Assembly (NCBI GenBank): GCA_963716705.1
Contig: CAVQTW010000028.1
Location: 3,047-67,046 of the forward strand
DNA: 64,000 nt
Source: an uncultured Alphaproteobacteria bacterium
Lineage (GTDB): Bacteria; Pseudomonadota; Alphaproteobacteria; Acetobacterales; Acetobacteraceae
Reading direction: 5' to 3'
A model generated the notes under the pieces. That model ran no database searches. It saw nothing but the letters and a program-made list of their open reading frames with translations, and was not told the origin of the DNA. Made by a program: the position numbers and the translations under genes. Within the stretch, counting starts at the first letter, position 1. Each line of letters starts with the position of its first letter. Shown here piece after piece: positions 33,168-43,704 of the stretch.

Positions 33168-34157
33168 TCAGTCGTCGTAGCCCTCCGGATGCGCCTGCCG
33201 CCAGGCCCAGGCGGTGCGCACGATCTCATCCAGCGAACCGTATTGCGGCGACCAGCCCGTCTCGGCGCGCAGCCGCGCGCTCGCCGCGACCAGCCGGGCG
33301 GGGTCGCCGGGGCGGCGCGGGCCGAGGGTGTGGGGCACCGGCCGGCCGGCCACCCGTTCCACCGCCGCCAGCACCTCCCGCACCGAATGCCCGCTGCCGC
33401 TGCCCACATTGTAGCGGCAGGAGCCATGCGTCTCGAGCCGCGCCAGCGCCGCGAGGTGCGCCTGCGCTAGGTCTGTCACATGCACATAGTCGCGGATGCA
33501 GGTGCCATCGGGCGTCGGGTAGTCGGCGCCGAACACGGTCAGTGCCGGCCGCCGGCCAAGGGCGGCGTCGATCGCCAGCGGCACCAGGTGCGTCTCGGGG
33601 TCGTGGTCCTCGCCGGCGCGGCCGGCGGGGTCCGAGCCGGCGGCGTTGAAATAGCGCAGGGCGGCGAAGCGCAGGCCGTGGATGCGATCCGCCCAGGCGA
33701 GGCCCTCCTCGACCATGCGCTTGCTGTCGCCATAGGGGTTGGTGGGCGCGATCGCGGCCGTCTCGTCGATCGGCACGCGCTCGGGCTCGCCGAACAGCGC
33801 GGCGGTGGAGGACAGCACGAAGCGCAGGCAGCCCGCCGCCACCGCCGCCTCGGCGAGGCGCAGCGAATGGCCGACATTCTCCGCCAGGTAGTGCAGCGGC
33901 GCCTTCATGCTGGCGCCCACCAGCGACAGCGCCGCGAAATGCAGCACCGCATCGAAGCGCCAGGTCGCGAAGACCTCGGCCACCCGGGCGGTATCGGCGA
34001 GGTCGGCCTCGACCAGCGTGGCGCCGGAAGGCACCGCGGCGCGATGGCCCTGGGATAGGTTGTCCAGCACCACCACCTCGGCGCCGCGGTCGAGCAGGGC
34101 AAGCACGGCGTGGCTGCCGACGAATCCGGCGCCGCCGGTCACGAGGTAACGGGGCAC
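33168..34157 (-). CDS. galE: UDP-glucose 4-epimerase
   Basis: LVTGGAGFVGSH, HFAA, SSTAA, NPYGDSK (YxxxK), LRYFNAAG, DGTCIRDYVHV; GTG start at 34157. Confidence 0.93.
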   Translation of the reverse strand: MPRYLVTGGAGFVGSHAVLALLDRGAEVVVLDNLSQGHRAAVPSGATLVEADLADTARVAEVFATWRFDAVLHFAALSLVGASMKAPLHYLAENVGHSLRLAEAAVAAGCLRFVLSSTAALFGEPERVPIDETAAIAPTNPYGDSKRMVEEGLAWADRIHGLRFAALRYFNAAGSDPAGRAGEDHDPETHLVPLAIDAALGRRPALTVFGADYPTPDGTCIRDYVHVTDLAQAHLAALARLETHGSCRYNVGSGSGHSVREVLAAVERVAGRPVPHTLGPRRPGDPARLVAASARLRAETGWSPQYGSLDEIVRTAWAWRQAHPEGYDD

Positions 34158-34316
34158 GGGGGGTATTCTCCAGTCAGGCTTGCGGTTCTTCGGGGACGGG
34201 TGGCCGCGGGTCACGGGGGCTTGGCCGCAGGATGATGGCCCCCTCCCCCCTTGCTGCGCGCATCCGCACCCCACCAGGTGATTCCAACGCCGGCCGATCT
34301 GCTCTAGCACTGCGGC

Positions 34317-35153
34317 ATGGGCAAGGCATTCCTCGGCATTCTGATCGCATGGCTGATCCCCGGCGCTTTGGCAGCGCAGGACATTTCCCGCGCCGAATCA
34401 TGGGGCGCGGTGGTGAGCCCGGCACCGGGGCCGCCGCATGTCATCGGAGGCACCGGGCTTGGCTGCATCGCAGGCGCGGTGCGCCTGGCGGATGAGGGGC
34501 CTGGCTGGCAGGCGGTGCGGGTTTCGCGCAACCGCCACTGGGGCCATCCCGCCACGGTCGCCTGGGTCCAGGCCTTCGCGGCACAGGCGCGCGCGCGCGG
34601 CTTCCCGGACCTTTGGATCGGCGACCTCGCCCAGCCGCGCGGCGGGCGCATGACCTATGGCCACGCCAGCCACCAGACCGGGCTCGATGCCGACATCTGG
34701 CTCGACCTCTCGCCCAAGCGGCGGGTGCCGGCCGCGCAGCGGGAGCAGATCCCGGTGGCCTCCCTCGTGCTACCCGACGAAAGCGGCGTGGACCCATCGC
34801 GCTTCACCGACCAGCATGTCGCGCTGATCAGGCTTGCTGCGGAACAGCCGGGGCTCGACCGCTTGCTGGTGAACCATGCGATCAAGCGCGAACTGTGCCG
34901 CCGCCATCGCGGTGAGGCCTGGCTGCGCCGGGTGCGGCCGTGGCGGGGCCATGATTCGCATATGCACATCCGCCTGCCTTGCCCGCCCGGCCAGCGCGAA
35001 TGCCGGGACATCCCGCCGCCCCCGCAGGGCGATGGCTGCGATGCCAGCCTGGCCTGGTGGCTTTCGCCGGATGCGCGGCGGCCTCGGCCACGGGTGCCCG
35101 GACCAGCGCCCGTGATGCCCGCCGCCTGCGCCGGGGTGCTCGCGGCGCGCTGA
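34317..35153 (+). CDS. mepA: Penicillin-insensitive murein endopeptidase
   Basis: Signal peptide, GCIAGA, RNRHWGHP, GHASHQTGLDADIW, GHDSHMHIRLPCP. Confidence 0.9.
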   Translation: MGKAFLGILIAWLIPGALAAQDISRAESWGAVVSPAPGPPHVIGGTGLGCIAGAVRLADEGPGWQAVRVSRNRHWGHPATVAWVQAFAAQARARGFPDLWIGDLAQPRGGRMTYGHASHQTGLDADIWLDLSPKRRVPAAQREQIPVASLVLPDESGVDPSRFTDQHVALIRLAAEQPGLDRLLVNHAIKRELCRRHRGEAWLRRVRPWRGHDSHMHIRLPCPPGQRECRDIPPPPQGDGCDASLAWWLSPDARRPRPRVPGPAPVMPAACAGVLAAR

Positions 35154-35165
35154 ACCGCCGCGGCG

Positions 35166-35753
35166 CTACCAGCGCCGGGCGGGGCCGCAATCGAGGTGGA
35201 CGAAGCCGTCGCGCCGGTACAGGCCAACGCCACCGATCTGCATCTCTGCTGCCAGCCTGGCGATGGCGGTGGCTTGGCGGCCGGGAAGCCGGACATCGGC
35301 CGCCATGCCCGACATGTGCAGCGAAACGCGGGAGACGCGGCGAGACTGGCGCGCACGCGCCGCATTGGTCTCGGGCGCGCGGTAGCCGCTGATCACCTCG
35401 TAATGGTCATCCGAGTCGAGCCGGCGCGCGATGGTGTTCAGCACGTCGAACAGGCGTGGATCCATCGGCGTGGCTTCGTCCATGGACGGGTCGCGGAACA
35501 GGACGTCGAGCCGCCGAAGGGCCTCACGGTCGTAGCGGCCGTCGCGCCAATAGACGCCGGAAAACGATTCGCCCGTCTGCACGCGGCGGATGCGAATGAC
35601 GCGCGCCCCGCCCGCCGCCGCCTGCGCTGCCGCCGCAGCGGGTGCGAGCGCCAGTGCCACCAGCCCTCCGGCGGCCACCTTCAGGGTTTCGCGCCGTGTT
35701 GCGGCCCCGGGCGCACAGCACGGGCAGTCGAATCGATGGAACAGCCGAGCCAT
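35166..35753 (-). CDS. ycbK: YcbK/MepK (DUF882) peptidase M15 family protein with Tat signal
   Basis: TRRETL signal, MDPRLFD, VISGYR, SLHMSGMAAD, GGVGLY..FVHLDCG. Confidence 0.88.
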   Translation of the reverse strand: MARLFHRFDCPCCAPGAATRRETLKVAAGGLVALALAPAAAAAQAAAGGARVIRIRRVQTGESFSGVYWRDGRYDREALRRLDVLFRDPSMDEATPMDPRLFDVLNTIARRLDSDDHYEVISGYRAPETNAARARQSRRVSRVSLHMSGMAADVRLPGRQATAIARLAAEMQIGGVGLYRRDGFVHLDCGPARRW

Positions 35754-35755
35754 GC

Positions 35756-37313
35756 TCAGCGCGACCCGGTTCCGCGCGTTGCCCCCCCTTCGGAGGAGGC
35801 CACGCGCTGGCTGCGCGGGCGGTCCATGGCGCGGGCGTATTCGGCATCGAGGCCGTAGATGTCGGGGCGGATGATCACGTTGCCTCCTTCCACGACGATT
35901 GTCGTGTAGTGGAGCCGCACCGGGATGGAGCGCGCGACGGGCACGCTGCGGGTGGCGCGGCTGGCGAGGACGCGGCTCACCTGCGCCCCGTCCCAGCCCG
36001 CATTGCCCGAGAGCGCCACCGAAAGCAACTCCCGGGGCTGCGCCAGCCGGATGCAGCCGGAGGAGAAGGCCCGCTGCCCGCGCGTGAACAAATGCCGGTC
36101 CGGCGTGTCGTGCATGAAGATGGCGTCGTTGTTCGGCATCACGAACTTGATCTGGCCGAGCGCGTTCCGCTCCCCTGCATCCTGGCGCACGAAATAGGGG
36201 AAGTAGTTGCGGTTGTAGTTGGCGAAGTCGAGCGCCGTGGCATCAACCTCGAACACCTCGCCATCCACGCGCTCGAACAGGCGATAGCCGCGCGCCTGCA
36301 TGCCCGCGGGGTCGCGGCGGAAGCGCGGCAGCAGGTCCTCGCGCGCGTTGCGGTCCGGCGCGCCCCAGGGCGGGTTGAACTGCACCGCGGTGAGGCGGAC
36401 GTTGAGCATCGGCGTCTGGCGGTCGCGCCGGCCGACGATGACGGCCATGTCCTGCAACACGCGCCCGCCCTCGATGACCTGCAGGTTGAAGTGCGGGACA
36501 TTGACCTCGATGCGGCGCTCGCCGGTCGGGGCGGGCTGCGCGCGGCGCATGTCGAGGGCCACCCGCAGCTGGTCGATCCGCGTCTCAATCGGCGCGTTCA
36601 GCACCGACCAGGTGATCGGCCCGATCCGCCCATCGGTCTCGAGTTCCTCCTGTGCCTGGAAGGCCCGCGCGGCGGCGAGCAGGCGTTCGTCATAGACCGG
36701 GTTGCTCGCGGCGGCGCCTTCCATCACGCCGGGATCGATGAAGGCGAGGCGGGCGCGCAGTTGCGGCACGCGAATCGCATCGGTGGAGCCGGGCTCCAGC
36801 GTGCGGCGCGTGTCGCCGGTGATGCGTGGCCAGCCGCCGGTGGCGGCCAGCGCGCGAGTGCGGGCAAGTTCGGCCTTCAGCGCGCGTGCGTCCGCCGGCA
36901 GGTTGGCGGCACGTTCGATGACCTCGGCCGGTTCGCCGCGCGGTGCCGAGTTCCGCCATCCAGGCCGAGACCTGCATCGAGGCAGGGTCACGCCGAAGGT
37001 CCACGCGCCCACGCAGGGAAGCGACGCGCCCCATCAGCAGATCGGCCAGCGCGGCCTGGGCGGCGCGCATGGTCTCGGTGCGGTAGCGCGCCGGGTCCGA
37101 TGCCGCGAGTTCCCCGGCCGGCAACGCGTAGTGGCGGGGGTCGAGCCCGTCTTCCTCCAGCCGGGCCAGCCGCGCGGCCAGGCGAGCGACCGCCTCGGTG
37201 GACGCAGCCTCGGAGGCGGTGACGGCCGGATCGGCGAGCAGGGCCTGCGACCAAGCCGGCAGGGCGGCGAGCGTGGAGGCGGAAAGGACGGTGAGGGCAA
37301 GGATTGCGCGCAT
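35756..37313 (-). CDS. ycbB: L,D-transpeptidase YcbB/LdtD-like with PG-binding domain, frameshift near 36950
   Basis: Signal peptide, PG_binding_1 (FQAQEELETDGRIG), VNVP, FNPPW, catalytic IFMHDTP...SSGCIRL. Confidence 0.85.
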
Positions 37314-37371
37314 GGAGGTTTGGTAAGGCGAAATCATGAAAAAGCCAATGATACGATGCGACTGCGGAGCG

Positions 37372-38766
37372 TTATTCCCGCTCGTGTTGCAAGGATTTCG
37401 CAGTTGCCGGCAACGCCGCGGCCAACATGCCGACCGTGATCGGCTTATAGGGCGCCCGCGGGCGCAGCGGCGGCACCGATTCCGGCGCTACGCCACGGGC
37501 CTTTGCGATCACGGCCGCCACGACCGGCCCGCAGATGCGCCCCTGGCAGGCCCCCATGCCGCAGCGAAGGTAGGCCTTCGCTTGATTGGGGCCAGTGGCG
37601 CCCAGCGCGGCGGCGCGGCGGATGGACCCGGCCGTCACCTCCTCGCAGCGGCACACCAGGGTGGCATCCCCGGGCGGCGCGAGGATGCCTGGCGGCGGGG
37701 CGTAGAGCGCATCAAGGAACGGGCGCAGCGCCAGCGCCGCCGCGCGGGTGGCCAGCCATGGCTGCGCGAGCCGGTCGCGGGCGGCGAGGTCCAGCACGCC
37801 CAGGCGATGGGCTGCATCGAGCGCCGCAAGCCGCCCCGCCGCCGCCGCCGCTTCCCACCCGCCGATGCCCGCCCCATCCCCGGCCACCCCCACAAGGGGC
37901 GCCGAGGAGGCGCCGAAGGTATCGACCACAGGCCGCCAGCAGGCCTGCGCCGCGTCCCACGCATGGTCGAGACCGATGGCGCGCGAGACATGCGTGGAGG
38001 GAATGACGCCTTCATGCAGCAACACAGTGTCGCAGGGTTCTGACCCGCCCTGCCAGGCGATGCGGCGGACACGCTGATCGCCCTCCAGGCGCAGGTCCTG
38101 CACGCCCGCGACCATGCGCACGCCGCGCCGCCGCGCCTCCAGCATCAGCGCAAGGCCCTTGCCGAGCAGACGCCGTCCTGCCCAAAGGCCACCGCCGGCC
38201 CGCGCCAGGGCGCCGGCGATGGAGGTGCGGCGCGTCTCCAGCACCAGCGCCGGCGCGCCGGCACGGGCGAGTTGCACCGCCAGCAGCCAGACCAGGGGCC
38301 CCTGCCCAGCCAACACGATGCGTCCGCTGGGGACCGCGCCGGCCGATTTCAGCAGGATCTGCGCCGCCCCTGCGCCCATGACGCCGGGCAGCGTCCAGCC
38401 CGGGATGGGAACCGCGCGTTCCTGCGCGCCGGTGGCGAGCAGAACGCGGCGCGCGCGCACTGTCCGGGCGCGGCCGTCCGAGGCCAGGCACAGGTCGCCG
38501 GTGTCGGGGTCGAGGTGCCACAGCGTGGCGGCGGGGCAATATTCCGCGCCGCTGGCGCGAAGCGCGGCGATCAGCGGCAGGCCGGGCTGGAGCTCGGGCC
38601 CCACCGCGGGGTCGCCGGACGCGGCCTCGGCGGCGCGGAACACCTGGCCGCCGGGGGCGGGATTCTCATCGAGCACCAGCACGGACAGGCCGTGGGCGCG
38701 GGCCTCAACGGCGGCGGCCATGCCGGCCGGGCCGGCGCCGATGATCGCGAGGTCCGTCACGCTCAT
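37372..38766 (-). CDS. FAD/NAD(P)-binding oxidoreductase with BFD-like Fe-S domain (HcnB / opine oxidase A type)
   Basis: IIGAGPAG, ATGAQER, VCRCEEV, CGMGACQGRIC. Confidence 0.87.
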   Translation of the reverse strand: MSVTDLAIIGAGPAGMAAAVEARAHGLSVLVLDENPAPGGQVFRAAEAASGDPAVGPELQPGLPLIAALRASGAEYCPAATLWHLDPDTGDLCLASDGRARTVRARRVLLATGAQERAVPIPGWTLPGVMGAGAAQILLKSAGAVPSGRIVLAGQGPLVWLLAVQLARAGAPALVLETRRTSIAGALARAGGGLWAGRRLLGKGLALMLEARRRGVRMVAGVQDLRLEGDQRVRRIAWQGGSEPCDTVLLHEGVIPSTHVSRAIGLDHAWDAAQACWRPVVDTFGASSAPLVGVAGDGAGIGGWEAAAAAGRLAALDAAHRLGVLDLAARDRLAQPWLATRAAALALRPFLDALYAPPPGILAPPGDATLVCRCEEVTAGSIRRAAALGATGPNQAKAYLRCGMGACQGRICGPVVAAVIAKARGVAPESVPPLRPRAPYKPITVGMLAAALPATAKSLQHERE

Positions 38767-39059
38767 GGCCGCGCGGCCCGCGCGCCGCGCTGGCGGGCGA
38801 TGCGCATGCCTTGCACCACCGGCACCATGCAGGCCTGGCGGTTGGGCACGCCATCGATCTCGGCCAGGCAGTCGAAGCACACGCCCATCATGCACAGCGG
38901 CAGGCGCGGGTGGCCGCCGATGGCGGTCTCCCGGATGGCGGGCAGGCCGGCGAGCAGCACCGCTGCCGCGGCGGAGGCGCCCTCGGGCACCAGGACAGCG
39001 GTGCCTTCGACGAGCACCTCCACCGTCGCCGGGCGGACCTCAGGCCGCGCGCGGAACAT
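38763..39059 (-). CDS. [2Fe-2S] small subunit (HcnA type)
   Basis: CMMGVCFDC...QAC; ATGA-type overlap with the downstream gene. Confidence 0.87.
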   Translation of the reverse strand: MFRARPEVRPATVEVLVEGTAVLVPEGASAAAAVLLAGLPAIRETAIGGHPRLPLCMMGVCFDCLAEIDGVPNRQACMVPVVQGMRIARQRGARAARP

Positions 39060-40164
39060 CGAAGCGACGCGCAGAGAAGGGAGCCAGGCCGGGATCGAGC
39101 GCACCGCCGGCGATCATCGGCGCGAGCAGCCGCGCATGGGCGCCGGCAAGCGTGACGCCGGAATGGCAATTCGCGGTGAAGGCGCCCGGAAAGCGCTCCG
39201 ACTGGTCGTAGATGGGCAGGCCGTCCGGCGCCATCACACGCAGCGCGGACCAGGCGCGCGATGATGGCGAGGTCGGCAATCCAGGGAAAGCACAGCGCCG
39301 CGCGATGCGCGATCGCGGCCATCACGGGCGGGGATTGGCGTGTGTCGAAGCCGACCTCCTCCATGGCTGTCGCCGAGCATGAGGGTGCCCTCGCCGGTCT
39401 GGCGGATGGTGGTGGTGGGCATGGGCAGGATGGTCTGTGCGCGTTCGGTCACCAGGATCTGGCCGCGCTGCGGGCGGACCGGCGCGGACAGGCCGAAGCG
39501 CGGCGCGAGGTCGGCATTGCCCAGGCCCGCCGCGAGCACGATGCGCGGTGCGGCGAAGGTGCCGGCTTCGGTCTCGACATGGAAATCGTGTGGTGCGGCG
39601 CTGCCGCCCACGGCCTTCACGTTCGGGACATAGATCCCGCCGGCCTCGATGAAGGCGCGGTGCAGCGCCTGCAGTAGCGCGAGCGGGCTCGCATGACCGT
39701 CATAGGGGGTGAAGGAACCGCCGACGACCGCCGGGCCGAGTGCCGGAAGCATGTCGCGCAATTCGGGCGCGCGGATCATGTGGTGGTCGAAGCCGATGAT
39801 TGCCGGCCTCGCCCTGCATCTGCGCCATGCTGGCCGCACGGTCGTCGAATTCCGCCTCGCTCAGGCACAGATGCACGCCGCCAGGCTGTTGAAGGGCGAG
39901 GTCAAGGCCGGTGCGCGCGGCGAGGTCGGCGGCGAGTGCGGGCCACTCGCCCGCCGAACCGCGCGTCCAGCGCTGGTACCAGGGCGCGCCAAGACCCTTG
40001 GACTGCACCCAGACCAGGCCGAAATTGCCGCGCGACGCGCGGTGGGCGATGTCGCCCTCATCCAGCAGGACGGTGTCGAGGCCCTGGTCGCGCAGACCCA
40101 GCGCGATGGCCGCGCCGACAAGGCCGCCGCCGATGGTGATGGCGTCGAAGGAACGCGGGTGCAT
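39040..40164 (-). CDS. FAD-dependent D-amino acid oxidase family subunit (HcnC / opine oxidase B type), frameshifted
   Basis: IGGGLVG, ASRGNFGLVWVQSK, PQRGQI, WSALRVM, CHSGVTLA in three frames. Confidence 0.82.
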
Positions 40165-40555
40165 GCCGACATGGGAGGGCGCGGGCAGCATGGCGTCAAC
40201 CGCGCGCAAGGCCGGTCGCGCCCTTGATCCGAGCGCCCGCCGGAAAAGGCCACGAACATGAGCAACCCAGCGCTGCCCGCCGGGATCAGGTTAGGGTGCC
40301 AGGCATCATCGGGGCGGACGCGGGCGTTGCCATGGCAACGGGACAGAACGTCTCCGCGTGGTGTCGTGTTCCGCCCACCCTTGCCGCCATGGCGCGGCAC
40401 GAGGACATCCACAACGGGGCAAAGTAAATTGGCAATGCAGCATCCTAAAATATTGGGGCACAATACTCGGGATATGGTTCGATTTCCCAAGCCCGACATC
40501 GGTCGACTTCAAGATCGCGTTGTGCCCAAAAAAGGACAACACAGAGGCAGCCGAA

Positions 40556-40954
40556 ATGCCGGTCTATGTGATTGCAGATATCAAGGTTACGGATGACTCA
40601 TGGCTTCCTGGCTATGCTGCGGTCGTGCATGACATCGCGCACCGGCATGGCGGAAAATATCTTGCGCGCAGTCGCAACGTGAAGGTCCTCAAGGGCAAGC
40701 CGCTGGAAACCACGGTCATCGCCTTGCTGCAGTTCCCATCGGAGGAAGCCGCTGCGGCCTTCGCCTCGGATCCCGACTATGCCCCGCCGGCCAGTGTCCG
40801 GCGGGCGGACAGCGAGAGCCGCTTCCAAATGATCGATGACACGGACGTGGCAGGAACAATGCCCTACCCTCCCAAGGGATCATCCCGGACGCGGAAATCC
40901 GCTGACCCATATCGGAAGGGCGCCAGCCGCGTCGCAGCGTCGGCGGCGCGCTAG
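40556..40954 (+). CDS. DUF1330 family protein, possibly with a read-through C-terminal tail
   Basis: MPVYVIADIKVTD...HGGKYLAR...LLQFPSEEAA.AF..DPDY. Confidence 0.7.
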   Translation: MPVYVIADIKVTDDSWLPGYAAVVHDIAHRHGGKYLARSRNVKVLKGKPLETTVIALLQFPSEEAAAAFASDPDYAPPASVRRADSESRFQMIDDTDVAGTMPYPPKGSSRTRKSADPYRKGASRVAASAAR

Positions 40955-41145
40955 CCGCCGCAGTCGTGCAGGTTGGGAATGCTCTCGATGCCGAGCGCCT
41001 GGCCGAGGCTCATGCCCGCCCCGAGCCCGAGGCCCTCGGCCAGGGGCGGCGTCGGCGCCTGGGCTTGTGCCGTGCTGGTGCCGGTGACGCCTGCGGCGAA
41101 CAGCGCGGCACCAGCAGCCTTGGCAACGTCGCGACGTCTCGGCAT
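40880..41145 (-). pseudogene. Remnant of an exported tyrosine/lipid phosphatase (Y_phosphatase3-like) N-terminus
   Basis: Twin-Arg-like leader MPRRRDVAKAAGAALFAA then IESIPNLHDCGG*RAAD, resembling the family's NxRDLGGYxTxDG start with Tyr replaced by TAG; no catalytic CX5R follows. Confidence 0.45.
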
Positions 41146-41345
41146 GGACCATCCCACGTTCCATCGCGCGCCGCGGAGCGCGCCCGCCCCTTCACGATGG
41201 GCGAACCGGCCGGCGCCGCGCAATCGCCGGAGAGCAGAAAGCGGCATCCGTTTCCGGCGGTCCTGACCCAGCCTGGGCGCCGTGGCGACGGTTGACGGGG
41301 CGGTGCCCCGGCGCGAGCCTTCGCGCGACCTGCCGGAGGACGCCC

Positions 41346-42687
41346 ATGAGCCCGCTCGACGCCCCGCGCGACCCGCGCAACAGCGACCTAGAGGCCGCGC
41401 TGGCCGAGGCGCGGGAAGGCTACGCCGCCGCCCGCCCGCACAGCGCCGCCATCCACGCCAAGGCGCGGCAGGTGATGCCCGGCGGCAATACCCGCTCCGT
41501 GCTGTTCTACACCCCCTTCCCCACCGCCATGGTGCGCGGCGAGGGCGCGCGCGTGTGGGATGCCGATGGGCGCGAATACCTCGACCTGCTGCGGCGAATA
41601 CACCGCCGGGCTGTTCGGGCATTCCGAGGCGCGCATCCTCGACGCGGTGCGCGCGGCGATGGCGCAGGGCATCAACCTTGCCGCGCGTCGGCGAGAACGA
41701 GGGGCGACTGGCGGCGCTGCTCTGCGCGCGCTTCCCCTCGGTGGAGCGCGTGCGCTTCACCAATTCCGGCACCGAGGCGAACATCATGGCGCTGGCCGGC
41801 GCGCGCGGCTTCACCGGGCGCACCGACGTGCTGGTGTTCCGCGGCGGCTACCATGGCGGCGTCTTCACCTTCCCGGTCGGCGTGCCGGTCAGCCCGGTGA
41901 ACCTGCCGATCCCGCTGCGCTTCGCCGACTACAACGACGCCGAGGGTGCGGCGGCGGCGATCCGCGAGGCGGGTGACGCGCTGGCGGCGGTGCTGGTGGA
42001 ACCGATGCAGGGCTCCGGCGGCTGCATCCCGGCCAGCCGCGACTTCCTGGCCGCGCTGCGCGAGGCCTGCACCGAGACCGGCGCGATGCTGATCTTCGAC
42101 GAGGTGATGACCAGCCGCCACGCCTACTGGCGGGCTGCAGCAGCGCATCGGCATCACGCCGGACATGACCAGCTTCGGCAAGTACATGGCCGGCGGCATG
42201 TCCTTCGGCGCCTTCGGCGGGCGGGCAGATGTGATGGCGATGTTCGACGGCCACCGCGCGGGCTCGATGCCCCATGCCGGCACCTTCAACAACAACGTGC
42301 TGTCGATGGCCGCAGGCTGCGTCGCGATGGGCGAGATCTTCGACGAAGCCGCGGCCGAGGCGCTGTTCGCCCGCGGCGAGGCGCTGCGCGATGCCTGCAA
42401 CGCCGCCGCCGCGCGCCACGGCGTGGCGGTGCATTTCACCGGCATCGGCTCGATGATGAACCCGCATTTCCGGCCCGGCCCCGTGACGGCCCCCTACAAG
42501 GCCAGCGCCGAGGAGGAGCAGATGCGCGAATTGTTCTTCTTCGACATGCTCGCCGCCGGCCTCTATCTCGCGCGGCGCGGCATGGTGGCGCTGATGCTGC
42601 CGGTCGAGCGATGCGGACTGCGCGCGCTTCGTCGCCGCGGTCGATGAATTCTGCGAGGCGAGAAGGCCGGTGCTGGCGGCGGCCTGA
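41346..42687 (+). CDS. Class III PLP aminotransferase (GSA aminomutase-like), frameshifted
   Basis: MPGGNTRS, RFTNSGTEA, GGYHGG, LIFDEVMT, FGKYMAGG, HAGTFNNN. Confidence 0.85.
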
Positions 42688-42771
42688 CGCAACGGCATTT
42701 TCAGCGGCGATGAAATGCCGCTAGCGTGACCTCCGAGCCCGGAGCCAACAAGCCGGGCCAAGGAGGAAACG

Positions 42772-43704
42772 ATGAAGGCATTGCCGGTCGCAGCACTCGC
42801 TGCGTGTATGGCCCTGGCTGCGCCCGCGCGCGCCCAGGTGCAGATGATCATCCCCTTCCCCGCCGGCGGTGCTACCGACATTCTGGGGCGCATGCTGCAG
42901 CCGGAACTCTCGGCCGCGCTGGGCACGCAGATCGTCATCCGCAATGTGGGCGGCGCGTCGGGCACCATCGGCGCGACCGAGGTCTCGCGGGCCCGCCCGG
43001 ATGGCATGACGCTGTTCCTCACGCCCGTCGGGCCCGTTGCGATCCAGCCGCATATGCGGCGCAACCCGCCCTATACGCTCGCCTCCTTCACGCCGGTCTG
43101 CCAGGTCACCGACAGCCCGGTCATCATGATGACACCCAAGACCAGCGGCCTGCGCACGTTGGCCGATGTGTTCGCGCGGGCGCGCGCCGCACCCGGGGAT
43201 TTCCCTTATGCCTCCTCGGGCATCGGCACCATTCCGCACATCTCGATGGTGGGGCTGACGCGCCTGGCGGGCGTGCAGATGCTGCACGTGCCTTATCGCG
43301 GATCGGGCGATGTCATCCTTGCCTTCCAGCAGGGCTCCGTCGCGCTGTTCAGCGACCAGTCCATCCTGATCCGGCAATATGATCTGCACGCGATTGCCAC
43401 CTTCACCGAGGCGCGGCTCGCCGACTTCCCCGATGCGCCCACCATCCGCGAACTGGGCCACGACCTGGTGTTCTCGATCTGGAGCGGGATGTACCTGCCC
43501 GCCGGCGCGCCGGCCGAGATGGTGCGGCGCTTCGAGGCCGCCTGCCGGCGCACCATGGAGAGCGCGACGGTGCGCGAGGGGCTCACCCGCATCGCCCAGC
43601 CGGTGCGCTTCCGCGACACCGCGGAGTTCACCGCCTTCTCACGCGCCGAGGCGGAGAAATTCGGCCGCATCGTCGAGGAAGCGGGCATGCGCACGGTCGA
43701 TTGA
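42772..43704 (+). CDS. Tripartite tricarboxylate transporter substrate-binding protein (Bug/TctC)
   Basis: Signal peptide, PFPAGGATD, NVGGASGTIG, HVPYRG. Confidence 0.9.
   Translation: MKALPVAALAACMALAAPARAQVQMIIPFPAGGATDILGRMLQPELSAALGTQIVIRNVGGASGTIGATEVSRARPDGMTLFLTPVGPVAIQPHMRRNPPYTLASFTPVCQVTDSPVIMMTPKTSGLRTLADVFARARAAPGDFPYASSGIGTIPHISMVGLTRLAGVQMLHVPYRGSGDVILAFQQGSVALFSDQSILIRQYDLHAIATFTEARLADFPDAPTIRELGHDLVFSIWSGMYLPAGAPAEMVRRFEAACRRTMESATVREGLTRIAQPVRFRDTAEFTAFSRAEAEKFGRIVEEAGMRTVD

Noticed and set aside
37372-40164. Calling the trio a hydrogen cyanide synthase
   Set aside because: The family is shared with opine and D-amino acid dehydrogenases, the gene order differs from hcnABC, and substrate cannot be read from motifs.
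41346-42687. hemL assignment
   Set aside because: It has PGGNTRS instead of the PGGVNSP motif and a catabolic context; alphaproteobacteria generally use ALA synthase.
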